Shown here: in pieces, positions 38,521-49,799 of the stretch
Layout: every line of letters begins with the position of its first letter
Numbering within the stretch: the stretch's first letter is position 1
The notes under the pieces: generated by a model
Seen by the model: only the letters and a program-made list of their open reading frames with translations
What the model was told of the DNA's origin: nothing
Databases searched by the model: none
Position numbers and translations under genes: made by a program
Source of the DNA: Rhizophagus irregularis
Taxonomy: Eukaryota
Reading direction: 5' to 3'
Assembly: GCF_026210795.1 (NCBI RefSeq)
Contig: NC_089430.1
Span: 4,340,001-4,404,000 of the forward strand
Length of the DNA stretch: 64,000 bases

Positions 38521-39276
38521 AGATCGGCAGAGGTTACCCTCTCATTATCCAATTTTGGGTATATATATTAATAATAATAAAATAAAAATAAAATATATTA
38601 AAAAAATAAAAAATTATATATTTTTATGGGTTTTGTTTTTCACTCGCGAAATATCGCATCCCAATATAAAAGTCAAAAACAGTATTCTAAACCCTTTGAT
38701 ATACTAAATAAAATTGAAATGCAGGCAAAAATACGCATACTTATGGTTCAGTTTTTAAAAGTGTTACAATAGGTACATAAAGGTTCGCGCCAAAAATGTA
38801 AAAAAATGAGAATTAGAAATTTGGCAAAGATCGGCAAGTAAATTGGGGTCATTTGCGAAAAAATATTAAATCCTATTTTTATATATAGAGGGTTAACAGT
38901 ATATCTATATCCTATCCAGCCATATCATATCCATACTACATATCCATATATATATTGTAAAAAAAAAATATCCGATGGATTTATTTGTATCATTAGAGTA
39001 AAATTTTGAAAAAAATTTCCTGTGCCACTTATAATGCACTTTAAATTAGAGCATCAGGATTAAAATTTTGAAAAAATTTAACGAAATCCGTGATTGTCAT
39101 ATCGTACCTGGTACCAAATTCTTTAACAAAAAAAAAACTCTCATGAATTTTTTGATACATTACCATCCTGCTATTTTGAGATTTAATCATAAGAAACTAA
39201 ATAAACTTTTTAAAATGATAAAATATAATAAAATAAAATTTGCATATCTTCATATGTCAAACTACATTTTGGTTTA

Positions 39277-39542
39277 CCCTATAAAAAAAGAATGTCCGGA
39301 AATTGTAGCTGAAAACGTCCGGAAAATGTTTATTTGTCTGGAATATGTCCGGAATATTGCAATATTCCGGACGTTGGAAAATTTCCATTTTCCGGAAAAT
39401 GTCCAGAAAATGTCTAGGAGGGTTCAGACCCAGAGTCCAGAAAGTGTCCAGAATATTGCAATTTTCTGGACGTTTTCCGGACACACGGACATTTTCCGGA
39501 TGTTTTTAGCTACAATTTCCGGACATTTTTTTTTTTACAGGG
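39277..39542. mobile_element. MITE with CCCT(A/G)TAAAAAA termini and 3-bp TSD (CMC/CACTA-like)
   Basis: CCCTATAAAAAAAGAATGTCCGGAAATTGTAGCT...AGCTACAATTTCCGGACATTTTTTTTTTACAGGG; TTA duplicated; empty site GGTTTAGTTATA visible at ~40024. Confidence 0.8.
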
Positions 39543-41464
39543 TTAGTTATAAAAATATTACAAATAAAATCTGTGCAACTTCACATGTTAAAATTATGGT
39601 TTAATTTTTATTATTTATGAATAAATAATAATAATAAATAATAATATATACTGTAAAAAAATATTTCCATAATAAATAAATTACCTTTATATATATATAT
39701 TACATTCTTAAAAAAATTTTGATATTTTTGAAATAAAATGACCACCTCTATAACAGTAGTTTGTTTAATTAAAATTAAGCAAGACACATCGGAATATTTT
39801 TTTTTTTATTTACATTGAAAATTTTAACGAAATCTGTGATCGTCATGTCGTACCAAATTCTTAAACATTAATTAAAATTATTTTTATTGATACATTACCC
39901 ATCCTGCTAATATTTTGAGATTTAATCATAAGAAACTAAGATAAAAAAAAAATGTAAAGCTTTTAAAATGATGAAATGCAATAAAATAAAATTTGCATAA
40001 CTTTATATGTCAAACTACGTTTTGGTTTAGTTATAAAATATAACAAATAAAATCTGTGCAATGTATTTTCTGTTTGCGCCTAATCTATTCCATGTTAGCG
40101 TAAGTTTTTTTTGCTTTATTTTCTAGATTATTAAGGTTAATATCAGTAAGTTCAATTATCCCGAAAGGTCCAATTTTTTTACGTAATTTTTTTATATTTT
40201 TTCCCATTATAACTATTTTTTTATTTAATTTTTTTGTTTTTTTTTTGAATTATTTTTTATTTAATTTTTTGTTATACCACTTTTTTGACTTTTTTTGATT
40301 ATAACGGTTTTTTTGATAACCGTGATTATTTTTTTAAAAAAATCAATATAACATACTATAGGAAAATTGACCGACATTGATAGAAAGATGATTAAAAATT
40401 TTACAATTAAATTGAACGCTGGATAAATAGTTTGATTTTGATTTTCAAATTCATAAAAATCAAAAAAAAATTAAAGAAATTGTTGATTTAATAATAGATA
40501 ATTATAACTGAATCTATATCCGAAATTCTCTAAATAATCACCAGACTTTTGAATAAAGATTTTAATTCAAATGGTTTAGTTAAATTAATAATTATCAAGT
40601 AAAATGAGTATCAAAAGAATAATAATAAATGAAATGAACAATTTGATTATTCAAATATTTTTCCGAAGTTGGTTATAAAGTTTAAGATTGATGTAAAATG
40701 AAATAAGAAACAACTAATTTCAGAGAAGAACCAAAAGACCTAAAAAACAAAATAAAGTTAGTAGGATACAAAATGCAAGAAGCAAAAAAGAAAACGTACA
40801 TTGAGTGCTGTGCAAAAGAGTGAAAGGACCTAAAGAAAAAAAGATTATCTGAGTACGCATGTACAAATTTAATAATGAGGTGATATCACCGGGTAAATTA
40901 TATAAGTTAAATCATCCTAGGTGAAAAATTGTTAAATCGCCTGGAGTGAAAATTAGTTATAATCTTCCTTAATTAATCCAAATTTCATTCTACACTCAAA
41001 CGTCAAATCATTAATATAAGCTACATTATTCTAAATATAATTTATATCATTATAATATTATAATAGGCCAGTTCATAATTGTTCAATCAGCTTTTTTGGT
41101 TGGGTTACACTAGGGATGATCACGGTTCACTAACCGATGACTCGAACCTGAGCCGGTTCATAGGCGGTTCAGTTCAGTTCAGTTCGCGAGTGAACCGGGT
41201 GAACCATCGACTCAATTGATTTTTTATAGTATTTAGATCATCTAATTAATGATAGTCAAAATCTAATATTGCTTACCAAAGCTAATTTTAGATTTCCAAA
41301 ACTAAAACACTTGGCTGAAACTCTGGTCGAAACTTTCTAAACTGGCCGAAATTACCAAAACTTAGCCGAAACTTCCAAAATTTGGCAAAAGCTACCAAAA
41401 TTATCTGTAAATCACGTGGCATACCATTTTTGGAATGTTTGTGTAACACATTTTCGGTTTTTAT

Positions 41465-44148
41465 TTTTTTATTTTTATTTTTATTTTTATGATATAGACT
41501 CGACTGGGGTCGAACGCTAAATAGGAATAGACATGGTCTAAAAGATCAATAAATTCAAAGCTAGTGTTTTACCCAACCTCTCAGGAGGAGCCTGAAGGGG
41601 TCGTCTTGCCTATTATTCAATAGAACAATCAAGCATAACCTGGAGTCTAAAACGGACTATCAAATGAAACAACCAAAACATAAAAAGTAACGGCCCGTAT
41701 TTTTCTTTTCACCCACATGGGTGACCACCTGTAAATACTGTCAGAGGTGGAATGATTCACACTATTCTAAATTGTTCTAAATTCATTAAACTTCAATTCA
41801 CGCTAATAAGGGGTAAGGTTGATCAGAGTGAAACTGAAGGAACGGAGCTGTTAAAATTTTGAACTCATTACAAATGTAAATATAAAGTAAATTAAAATTA
41901 ACAAAATCTAAGATTTGTTCAAACTAGAAACAGGGGAGTCAATAGGGTAACCCGTATCCAGTCGTATATGTTTAATTCGGTCTCTGTGGAGATAACGATC
42001 ACAGAGGTTAGTAAGAGTGTCCCGTTTCTTGGGACGAACTTCGAGGCATTTAGTATCGTCGGAGGTGTCATTATAGGCGATATCCTCGAGGTGCGGGAGC
42101 ATGTAATTTTTTGGAGGGGCATCCAGATAATATTGGAAACGTTTAAGTTCATGTTGATAGATGCGTTCTGAGCAATCGCTGGTCGCATAGGACATGTACC
42201 GGTGATATGTTGTCTGTAATGTGGTAAGATGGGTCGTAGTAGCAAGAAGACGTTTAACGTGTTTGGCACTAGTGCCGTGATAAATGTGTAGAGTTGATTG
42301 GCGTATGGCCTCATCTAGCCGACATTGATATTCTTTAGGCTTGAGCCGATTTTTCTTTTTTTTACTTGCTTGCCATTGTTGCAGCTCGACCACCGGGTCG
42401 GGTTTGTTTCTTGATGCGTAGGATTTCTTAACAACTTGTAACCATCCGTCAGATTCAGGCGGTAAATAATGACCGAAATGATCATAAATGGGAGATCTAG
42501 GGACGAAGGGTTTAAATCGGTCACCTAAGGACTTGCGAAACGGATTGTAGTTTTCTACTGTAGGGACCATGGTATGTGCAGGATGTGGTGAAAAAGTGAA
42601 AATATCCTTAGACGTCAAATTGTCTATAGAATTGTTAAAGTTGAAATTGTTCATCGAGGTTCCTGATGAATTTAAGTTCAGTGAAGGTGTATTGGCAGGT
42701 AAATCAACTTTGAATACCCCGGAGAACACCAAAGCGGGTTCATCTAGGAGGAGGTCTTCTTTAGGGGCCGAAGGTCCAATTATCAGTTCGTAAAAAGGAA
42801 TGTTAAATGGGTAACTATTAGCATCGGAAATTGCCGATTTCTTCGAATAGGTGAGGTGCGAGAGATTTTTGTGAATAGTTTGATGTTTGTGAAAAATAAA
42901 ATGATTTGCTTGAGCAGCTTTAAGTTTCTCTTCAAAACTAATACACGAGGAATCGTAACGGGTATTAAAAACTCTATTGCAAGATCGATTGAAACGCTTC
43001 TGTTGTTTCTTTTTTATGTTCGGATTAGGTGAGTGTATAAATTTGAAATTAAACAACCGTTTCATATACATATAACGGTGATTGTAGCGTATGATGTTTT
43101 TATTACTGGCGGCCAAGTATTTCATAGAGAATTCAATGCCAAGGCGTCGCGAAAAAATTTCCTTTTCTGTGCCTTCTTTCCATCTATTGTAGAGCTGTGT
43201 AGCGTGAGAAGTCTTGTTATTAGACAAGACTTGATCTCGTGGACTATCGTGTTTGATAAAATGAAAGAGTCGATTTCGAAAGAATTCTTTCTGATGATCG
43301 ACACAAGCGTGACGATCATTAGTCATTACAAAAGGACTGGGGACATGGCAAAAAGATATATCTTTGGACTTATTTAAAGTCATCAAGCATCGGCAAGGTA
43401 TGTAACAGCCGAAGCGAAAACGATATCTCTTGTACGAGAAGTTGAAGAAAGTTTTGGAAGATTTGTTATGTTGACTTCCGAGGTGAGGGTGATCTTCATT
43501 ATCAGGTAAGAGAGTACTGCCTACGCGGGATCGGATAATATTAAACCGATCCAATAGCTTGTGGCGGATAAGGTTAAAATATCTTTGTTGTATTCTTCGT
43601 GGTATGACTCGTTGTAAGGAAAAGAAGTGCGTGAGCATTTTACTAATTTGGAATTTCTTGTTGGGAAATGGACTCGTTGAAATATACTGGGTCGGTTTAG
43701 TCTGCATGTTGTAATCATTTGTATGTATGATAAGGTGAATATCATTGGTGCCTGAAAATTGATTGGCAAGCTCAAAAAAGTAACTTTTTGAGCGTCTAAA
43801 TTCGTAAATCTTGTTATAACCGGTACGAGTGTTGTTATTCACGTGAAATTTTTTCACCGAAATAAGAAAACTATATTCGTTATGAAAAGTGGATTTTGTA
43901 GAAATTTTTTGTAAAGAAGGGAAAGAAATAGCCTCTAGTGGCATATTATCTATAGAGATAGTGTTATTTCCCATCTCAGACTCTTTCAAAGAACAGATGA
44001 AATAAGAGGAAGCCTTTCTGTGGAGGCCACCCCGTGGTCCTCTCCTCTTGAAAAAAATTTATTCGTGAGAAAAAATAGGTTACTGCGGAATATTAACAAA
44101 AAAAACAGAAAGGGGAAAGAGTTTTTTTTTTTTGTAGCTTCCGTTTTT
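41465..44148 (-). mobile_element. Retroposed non-LTR-like element without reverse transcriptase
   Basis: 16-bp TSD CATTTTCGGTTTTTAT at 41449-41464 and 44149-44164; (TAAAAA)n tail on the minus strand at ~41465-41490; single intronless ORF. Confidence 0.8.
41908..43974 (-). CDS. Uncharacterised basic ~690-aa protein carried by the retroposed element
   Basis: Uninterrupted ORF (first ATG 43974); K/R/H-rich; Cys/His cluster CYIPCRC...CHVPSPF...HACVDHQ; no RT, endonuclease or RNase H motif recognised. Confidence 0.7.
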   Translation of the reverse strand: MGNNTISIDNMPLEAISFPSLQKISTKSTFHNEYSFLISVKKFHVNNNTRTGYNKIYEFRRSKSYFFELANQFSGTNDIHLIIHTNDYNMQTKPTQYISTSPFPNKKFQISKMLTHFFSLQRVIPRRIQQRYFNLIRHKLLDRFNIIRSRVGSTLLPDNEDHPHLGSQHNKSSKTFFNFSYKRYRFRFGCYIPCRCLMTLNKSKDISFCHVPSPFVMTNDRHACVDHQKEFFRNRLFHFIKHDSPRDQVLSNNKTSHATQLYNRWKEGTEKEIFSRRLGIEFSMKYLAASNKNIIRYNHRYMYMKRLFNFKFIHSPNPNIKKKQQKRFNRSCNRVFNTRYDSSCISFEEKLKAAQANHFIFHKHQTIHKNLSHLTYSKKSAISDANSYPFNIPFYELIIGPSAPKEDLLLDEPALVFSGVFKVDLPANTPSLNLNSSGTSMNNFNFNNSIDNLTSKDIFTFSPHPAHTMVPTVENYNPFRKSLGDRFKPFVPRSPIYDHFGHYLPPESDGWLQVVKKSYASRNKPDPVVELQQWQASKKKKNRLKPKEYQCRLDEAIRQSTLHIYHGTSAKHVKRLLATTTHLTTLQTTYHRYMSYATSDCSERIYQHELKRFQYYLDAPPKNYMLPHLEDIAYNDTSDDTKCLEVRPKKRDTLTNLCDRYLHRDRIKHIRLDTGYPIDSPVSSLNKS

Positions 44149-44356
44149 CATTTTCGGTTTTTATAAGAAACAAGATTTTCTTTTTGGAAATCAGTGTAAT
44201 ATCACATGACATTAGTTAACTCCGGCCAGAATTACAGAATTTAGCCGTGAGTCGATGGTTTACCTGGTTCACTCACGAACTGAACCAAGCCGAACCGCCT
44301 ATGAACCGAACTGGCTCGGTTCGAACCATGAGCATCCCTAGGTTACACTGATCTCA

Positions 44357-44771
44357 CTTTACAGAAACTTACCATTTTTAATCAATATAGAATCGATATC
44401 GTTAAGTTTATCTTAACGATATCATTTCAATATCATTTCAATATCATTTCAATATCGATTTAATATCGATACGATATCAAAATAAAGTATTATCACTTCG
44501 ATATTATTTCGATATTAAAACGATATCGAAATGATATCAAAATGATAATTAAAATGATATCGAAATGATATCTTTAAATTAAACTTAAAGATGTTATTTC
44601 GATATTATTTCTATTATCATTTTGATATCATTTCGATATCGATTTAATATCGAAATGATATCGAAGTGATAATACTTTATTTCGATATCGTATTGATATT
44701 AAATCGATATTGAAATGATATTGAAATGATATCGAAATGATATCATTTGAAAACTTAAAGTTTCTGTAAAG
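44357..44771. mobile_element. Fold-back MITE with GATATC/ATATCATTTC internal repeats
   Basis: Termini CTTTACAGAAACTT...AAGTTTCTGTAAAG; near-palindromic interior. Confidence 0.7.
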
Positions 44772-46235
44772 GCATGATCAAATTTCAATTTTGAGTTGAT
44801 TGATTGTCCGTAGCATTAGCGAAGGACTATTTACTGTACTGAATTAACAAAATTTGTTTTAACCCCCATTTTTGTCCCTGTCACAATCGTCAAATTTTTT
44901 TCTTTTTTTATAATTTGTATCACGATTCACGATTTTATGTAACTATACTTACTATATGCCCCTGTAGTATACCAAATAAATATATAATCATGTAACACTT
45001 GCATATATTATACCATTTGTATGATTGTAACAATTATAATACTATTACGCGTACAAAAAAAAACTTTTTTTTTTTGTTACTAACGCACATTTTCCTAAAA
45101 TCTGAACAAAAAAAAAACTTTTATTTTATCAACTTTTATTTTTGCACCGTGGCTTCCATTTCAGCTAGCCTTTTTTCTTCCGCTATACGTTCTTTTAGCC
45201 TTTTACAGTTTTTATACGCTCAAGTCTGTTAAAACCAAATTGCTTGAAAATAATATCATTGAGAGAACGAATGTGGGAGATTGTTACAAATGGTAAACCA
45301 GTGGCAAATTCCTTCTTGCCAAGATCTATGCAAGAGAAAGTGGAAATTGTAGGTGGGAGAAAACACCAGACTTGCTTTCCAACATACGTCGTATAAGAAC
45401 AATAGGTACAACCGCACTTCCATCCAAGTTTGTAAGAGTTGGGCCACAATACTGGTCAAAGGAAACTAGAATGGCATTAGGTAATGATGTGTGCTCAGGT
45501 TTTTCTTATATAATATATCTGTTATTATTCCCATGATACCATTTACAATTCCAGTGGCAACCCAAAGATTTGCAGTGAGCATAATACGTGCGTTTCTTGC
45601 TAATAATATTCCAGAATCAAGATTTTTTGCTGTATTTGAATCAGCCTTCGAAGCTTCAAAGCCACCCGTATGAACTGCTCCAATCTTAGCGACAGGTTGG
45701 TTTAGTGACCGAAGTTTATCAGCATTAATTCTATCAACTTCTTCCCGTGTTGTGAGAATACTGATGAAATTTGAAAATTTGTTTCTCTAATTCTGGCAAT
45801 TTTTCTGGGATTCGCATCATTAATAATTCCCAATCAGCTAATGTAGATTCTTCATTATGTAAGCGATACAGAAGGTTCCTAAATTGGCATTGTTTATCTG
45901 AGTTACCAAGTTGTCGTTGTACAGCTTCAAGTTTATAAACTTCTTGAAATTGCTGATAGATATTACGTCCATCCTCAAATAAGGAATCTGATGGTCGATG
46001 ATCTTGAGAATACATGGGAATATCACACACTGGAGGTAGCTGTCCAAAGTCACTGACAAGGATTATAGACCGCCCACTAAAATTATGATTGGAATGTTTT
46101 GGAAATGCTTTACGCAATCTCATATCAACTATAGCAAGAAAGTGACGACCTACCATGCTCATTTCATCAATGATAAGATATTTAATATCCTTCATTCTAT
46201 TTTGTAATTTTTTCAGAGATTCGCCTTCAAGCTTA

Positions 46236-46598
46236 CTTTACTAAAAATGACCAATTTTTTGAAATATTTTTATAGACCTAGATACAATGGCTTTCAAAAC
46301 AATTGTGCAATTATTTTGTAAAATTTTTAAAATATATCAAGATATATTTAAGGTATTTTTGAGATTAAAATATTAAAATAATATCAAAGTTAATTATATT
46401 ATAATAATAAAATAATAACAAAAACATTAAAAAATTATTGTGATATTATTTTGAGTTATTTTTATAGACCTAGATACAATATAATTACAAAATAATAGCA
46501 AACATATAATAAAAACATTTTGATGTATTAAATGTATTTTTGTAGTATTTTAAAATTATTCCAAAATCATTTCAAAAAATTGGCCATTTTTAGTAAAG
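46236..46598. mobile_element. MITE with TA TSD inserted in the helicase relic
   Basis: TIR CTTTACTAAAAATGACCAATTTTTTGAAAT / ATTTCAAAAAATTGGCCATTTTTAGTAAAG; removing it restores the minus-strand frame STDYKLEGESLKK. Confidence 0.8.
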
Positions 46599-46626
46599 TA
46601 TAATCTGTGCTGCATATTATAGGAAT

Positions 46627-48091
46627 CCCTATAAAAAAATTGGATACGTTTTTTATAAAGTTTTATACGATTTTTACTCCTTAGAAATAACGTATCATAA
46701 TAGGATACGGAAAAATGCACAATTCCATATCACTAAAAATATGGTTTGGATACAGAATTTGCATGGGATTTATATGGAATTTACATGATTTGATCACTGA
46801 TTTTATCACAAAATTTATACGATTTGGTCACTGAATTTACTATTTGTATTACAGTTTACTATAATTGTATTTACATAAATCTAATTTCACTTTATTAAAT
46901 TAAATAAAAAATAAAAAATAAACAAAGTACAAATACATTATGAAAATTCCCTCCTTATTAAAACCACCTATTGCAACCAAAATTATCTATAAGTTCAGGT
47001 TCATTTGGAGTCAAACAACCTAAAAGAACAAAAAAAAAGATTGAAATAAAAACCCCCCTCATATAGTATCTGCAATTGTCCAAGTCACCAAAGGTCAGCA
47101 TTCCTACAAAAAAAGAAAGAGAACTCCAGAATGTCTGACCTACATAAAAGAAAAAAATTATGAGGCGTCTAATGAAAAAGAAACCAAAACAACAAAATAA
47201 ATCCAAAACTGACCTACAAAAAAAGAAGACTCTGAAGCAACAAAACTGAAACAACCTACAAAAGGAAAAGAATCTGAACCCAACTTACAAAAAAACAAGA
47301 AAATTTGAACTGACCTAAAAAAAGAAAAAAATTCTGAATCATCCTACAAAAAGAAAAGGACTCCCAAACTGATCTACAAAAAAGAAGAAAGAAACTGAAT
47401 ATTCTCACAAAAAAAATCTGCTGGCCTATGAAATTAAATATAAATAAAGAAGAAAGGGGAATAAAGAATAAACCAAAAAAAATATTTTTTTAAAAAGAGG
47501 GGTAACAAAGTTAGGAAAGTTAAAAAAAATTTTTTTTTAAAGGGAGGACGTCAAAGTTAGAAAAATAAAATTTTTTTTATAAAGAGGAAATAGAAATAGA
47601 AAGAAGAAATTTTTTTTTAAAGGAGTGACGAAAAAAAATTTTTTTTCAAAGGAAAGTGATGAAAAAAAAATTTTTTTAAAGTGAGATACGAAAAAAAAAA
47701 ATATTTTTAAAAGGGGGTGACGAAGAAAGAAGAAAATTTTAGAAAAAATAACAAAAATAAGACAAGAGAAAGAGAAAGGAAAGGAAAGACAGAAAGGAAG
47801 ATTGGAGGTTTATATAAAAAACAAAAAACGTATCATAACAAAACAATAAACAATCATGTGATCTCGTGTTATGATACGGAATTTTTGTAAGATTATCTTC
47901 TAAAAATATTAAGTTTAAAAATTCCGTATACATTCCGCATGATTAATTTTTTCCGTATACATTTCTTATACATTAGTTTTTTTAAAAAATGTTCAAAAAT
48001 GAATTGCTTATTAAATATATGGAATTTGTATACAGAATCTATAGAAACGTACATAAAATGTATACAAAATGTATCCTTTCCGTATACATAT
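46627..48091. mobile_element. Non-autonomous CCCTATAAAAAA-type insertion in the helicase relic
   Basis: Begins CCCTATAAAAAAATTGGATACG, AAT on both flanks, helicase frame HSALSI|PIIC continues across it; left part has an inverted copy at ~52555-52950; right terminus not a clean TIR. Confidence 0.6.
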
Positions 48092-49799
48092 AATGGAAAG
48101 CGCTGAATGTATAGTACTACCCTGAATATTAAAGGCTGCAACGCCTGTTGAAGCAAGTACAATGCTACTTTCTTGCAACCTTTCCCGAATGATATTTATT
48201 AGGTAAGATTTGCTGGTTCCAGCAGTACCCATAATAATAATTCGCAAAGGTTCTACATTTTCATTTGAAGTTGAAGCAATGTAATGTTTTTCGATTCTTT
48301 CAAATATTATCCTTTGTTTATCATTTAGAGTTTTACTGCTAAATTATTCCTGACTTGAATTGCATCACTGTCACCAATTACCACTGAATGAAACTTTCTG
48401 CTTCTTCAAATTCAGGAAATCGTGACCAACTTTCACCAACCCAGTCATGATTTATGTCAATATCACGGTTACCTAAAGAATCGGTAAAATTGTTGTTTCG
48501 TCTCTTTGGCATCATTTCGGACAGTACCATCCAATCAGCTTGAGGTTCATTCTCTTCTTGTGCAATGTTATCGGTATCATCATCTAAATCATTACTATCC
48601 ATTTCCTCAAGATTATCCACTGCAGATCCAATTTAGTCACTAGGATCACTGTTGATTTTTGAAAGATGCCGGTTATATAAGTCTATTCACGAAAGTGTAT
48701 CATTCTCTGTAAGGCTAAGGATACCTCTATAGCGAACATATAAGAGAACTTTTATACGACAAAAGTCTTCCAACTGAGGACCATTTTTGATTGGAGATTG
48801 TCACGGCCAGACACGTATTACGTTTTCTTTACTGCATTTTACCTATTTTCCTTTCACTACCTTGTATTCCAGGTATAACCTAAACAATGACAAGTCACTT
48901 AGTTCAGTAGGTTGACTACAATATCTTTGCAGAGGTGAGGGATCTGTTTTTTTAGTTTCATTGTTCTCATTATTTATATTACATTCGTAACTGCTAGTAT
49001 ATACTGTAAAAAAATCTTCTCATATAAATAAATTACCTTTTTATACTGTATATTAATTAAAGAGACAGTATTCTTTTTATTCTTTATTACTAGTTTTTAC
49101 ATCTTAAAAAAATCAAGTTTGATATTTTTGAAATAAAATACTTATAACATGGCCACCTCTATGACAGTAGTCTGTTTAATTAAGCAAGACACATCAGGAT
49201 ATGTTTTTTTTTGATTTACATAAAATTAAAAACTTTTGCGAAATCTGTGATCGTTATATTGTACCAAATTCTTGGATAAACTAGTAGTATTTTTACATTA
49301 CCATCCTGCTATTTTAAGATTTAACCATAAAAAACTAAAATAAAATTTTTAAAATGATAAAATACAATAAAATTACATATCTTCATATGTCAAATAAAAT
49401 ATAATATGAAAATACAAATAATTAAATCTGTGTAACTTAGTTCACATGATGTTAAACTAATAAATAATAATACATACTGCAAAAAAATTTTTCCCATATA
49501 CTGTAAATAAACAAGTAAATATTAAATATAGCAGTGAGCTTGGTTTTTTGCAATTTTTCTTAAAAATAATACATTTAATCTATATAGGAATATGGGAAAA
49601 TGCACAATTCCATATCACAAAATGCATTATTTTCATGATTTGACCATAATTTACACTGAATTTATATTGATTTGATCATAGAACTTGCATAATTTGAGCA
49701 TAAAATTGGTCAATGAATTTACTACTTAAATTACAATCATTAATATTAGTTAATAGCCAATAATAAATTAATTTTTATCATCTAAAATAACCAATAAGT

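Larger units (their letters stand above)
41111..44340. mobile_element. hAT-type MITE split by a retroposed insertion
   Basis: TAGGGATG...CATCCCTA termini, ~100-bp subterminal inverted repeats rich in GGTTC/GAACC, 8-bp TSD GGTTACAC at 41103-41110 and 44341-44348. Confidence 0.85.
45140..48960 (-). pseudogene. PIF1-family DNA helicase relic (probably Helitron-derived), disrupted by stops, frameshifts and two insertions
   Basis: Walker A GTAGTSKS, ASTGVAAFNI.G.TIHSAL, LIIDEMSMVG, DFGQLPPV, ARIMLTANLWVATGIVNG and a motif-VI-like FVTISHIRSL. Confidence 0.8.

Noticed and set aside
39068..39604. 178-aa ORF, and similar ORFs at 59454-59895
   Set aside because: They run through palindromic MITE subrepeats with no protein motifs.
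46958..47933. Phe-rich minus-strand ORFs
   Set aside because: Products of A-rich low-complexity repeats inside a non-autonomous insertion.
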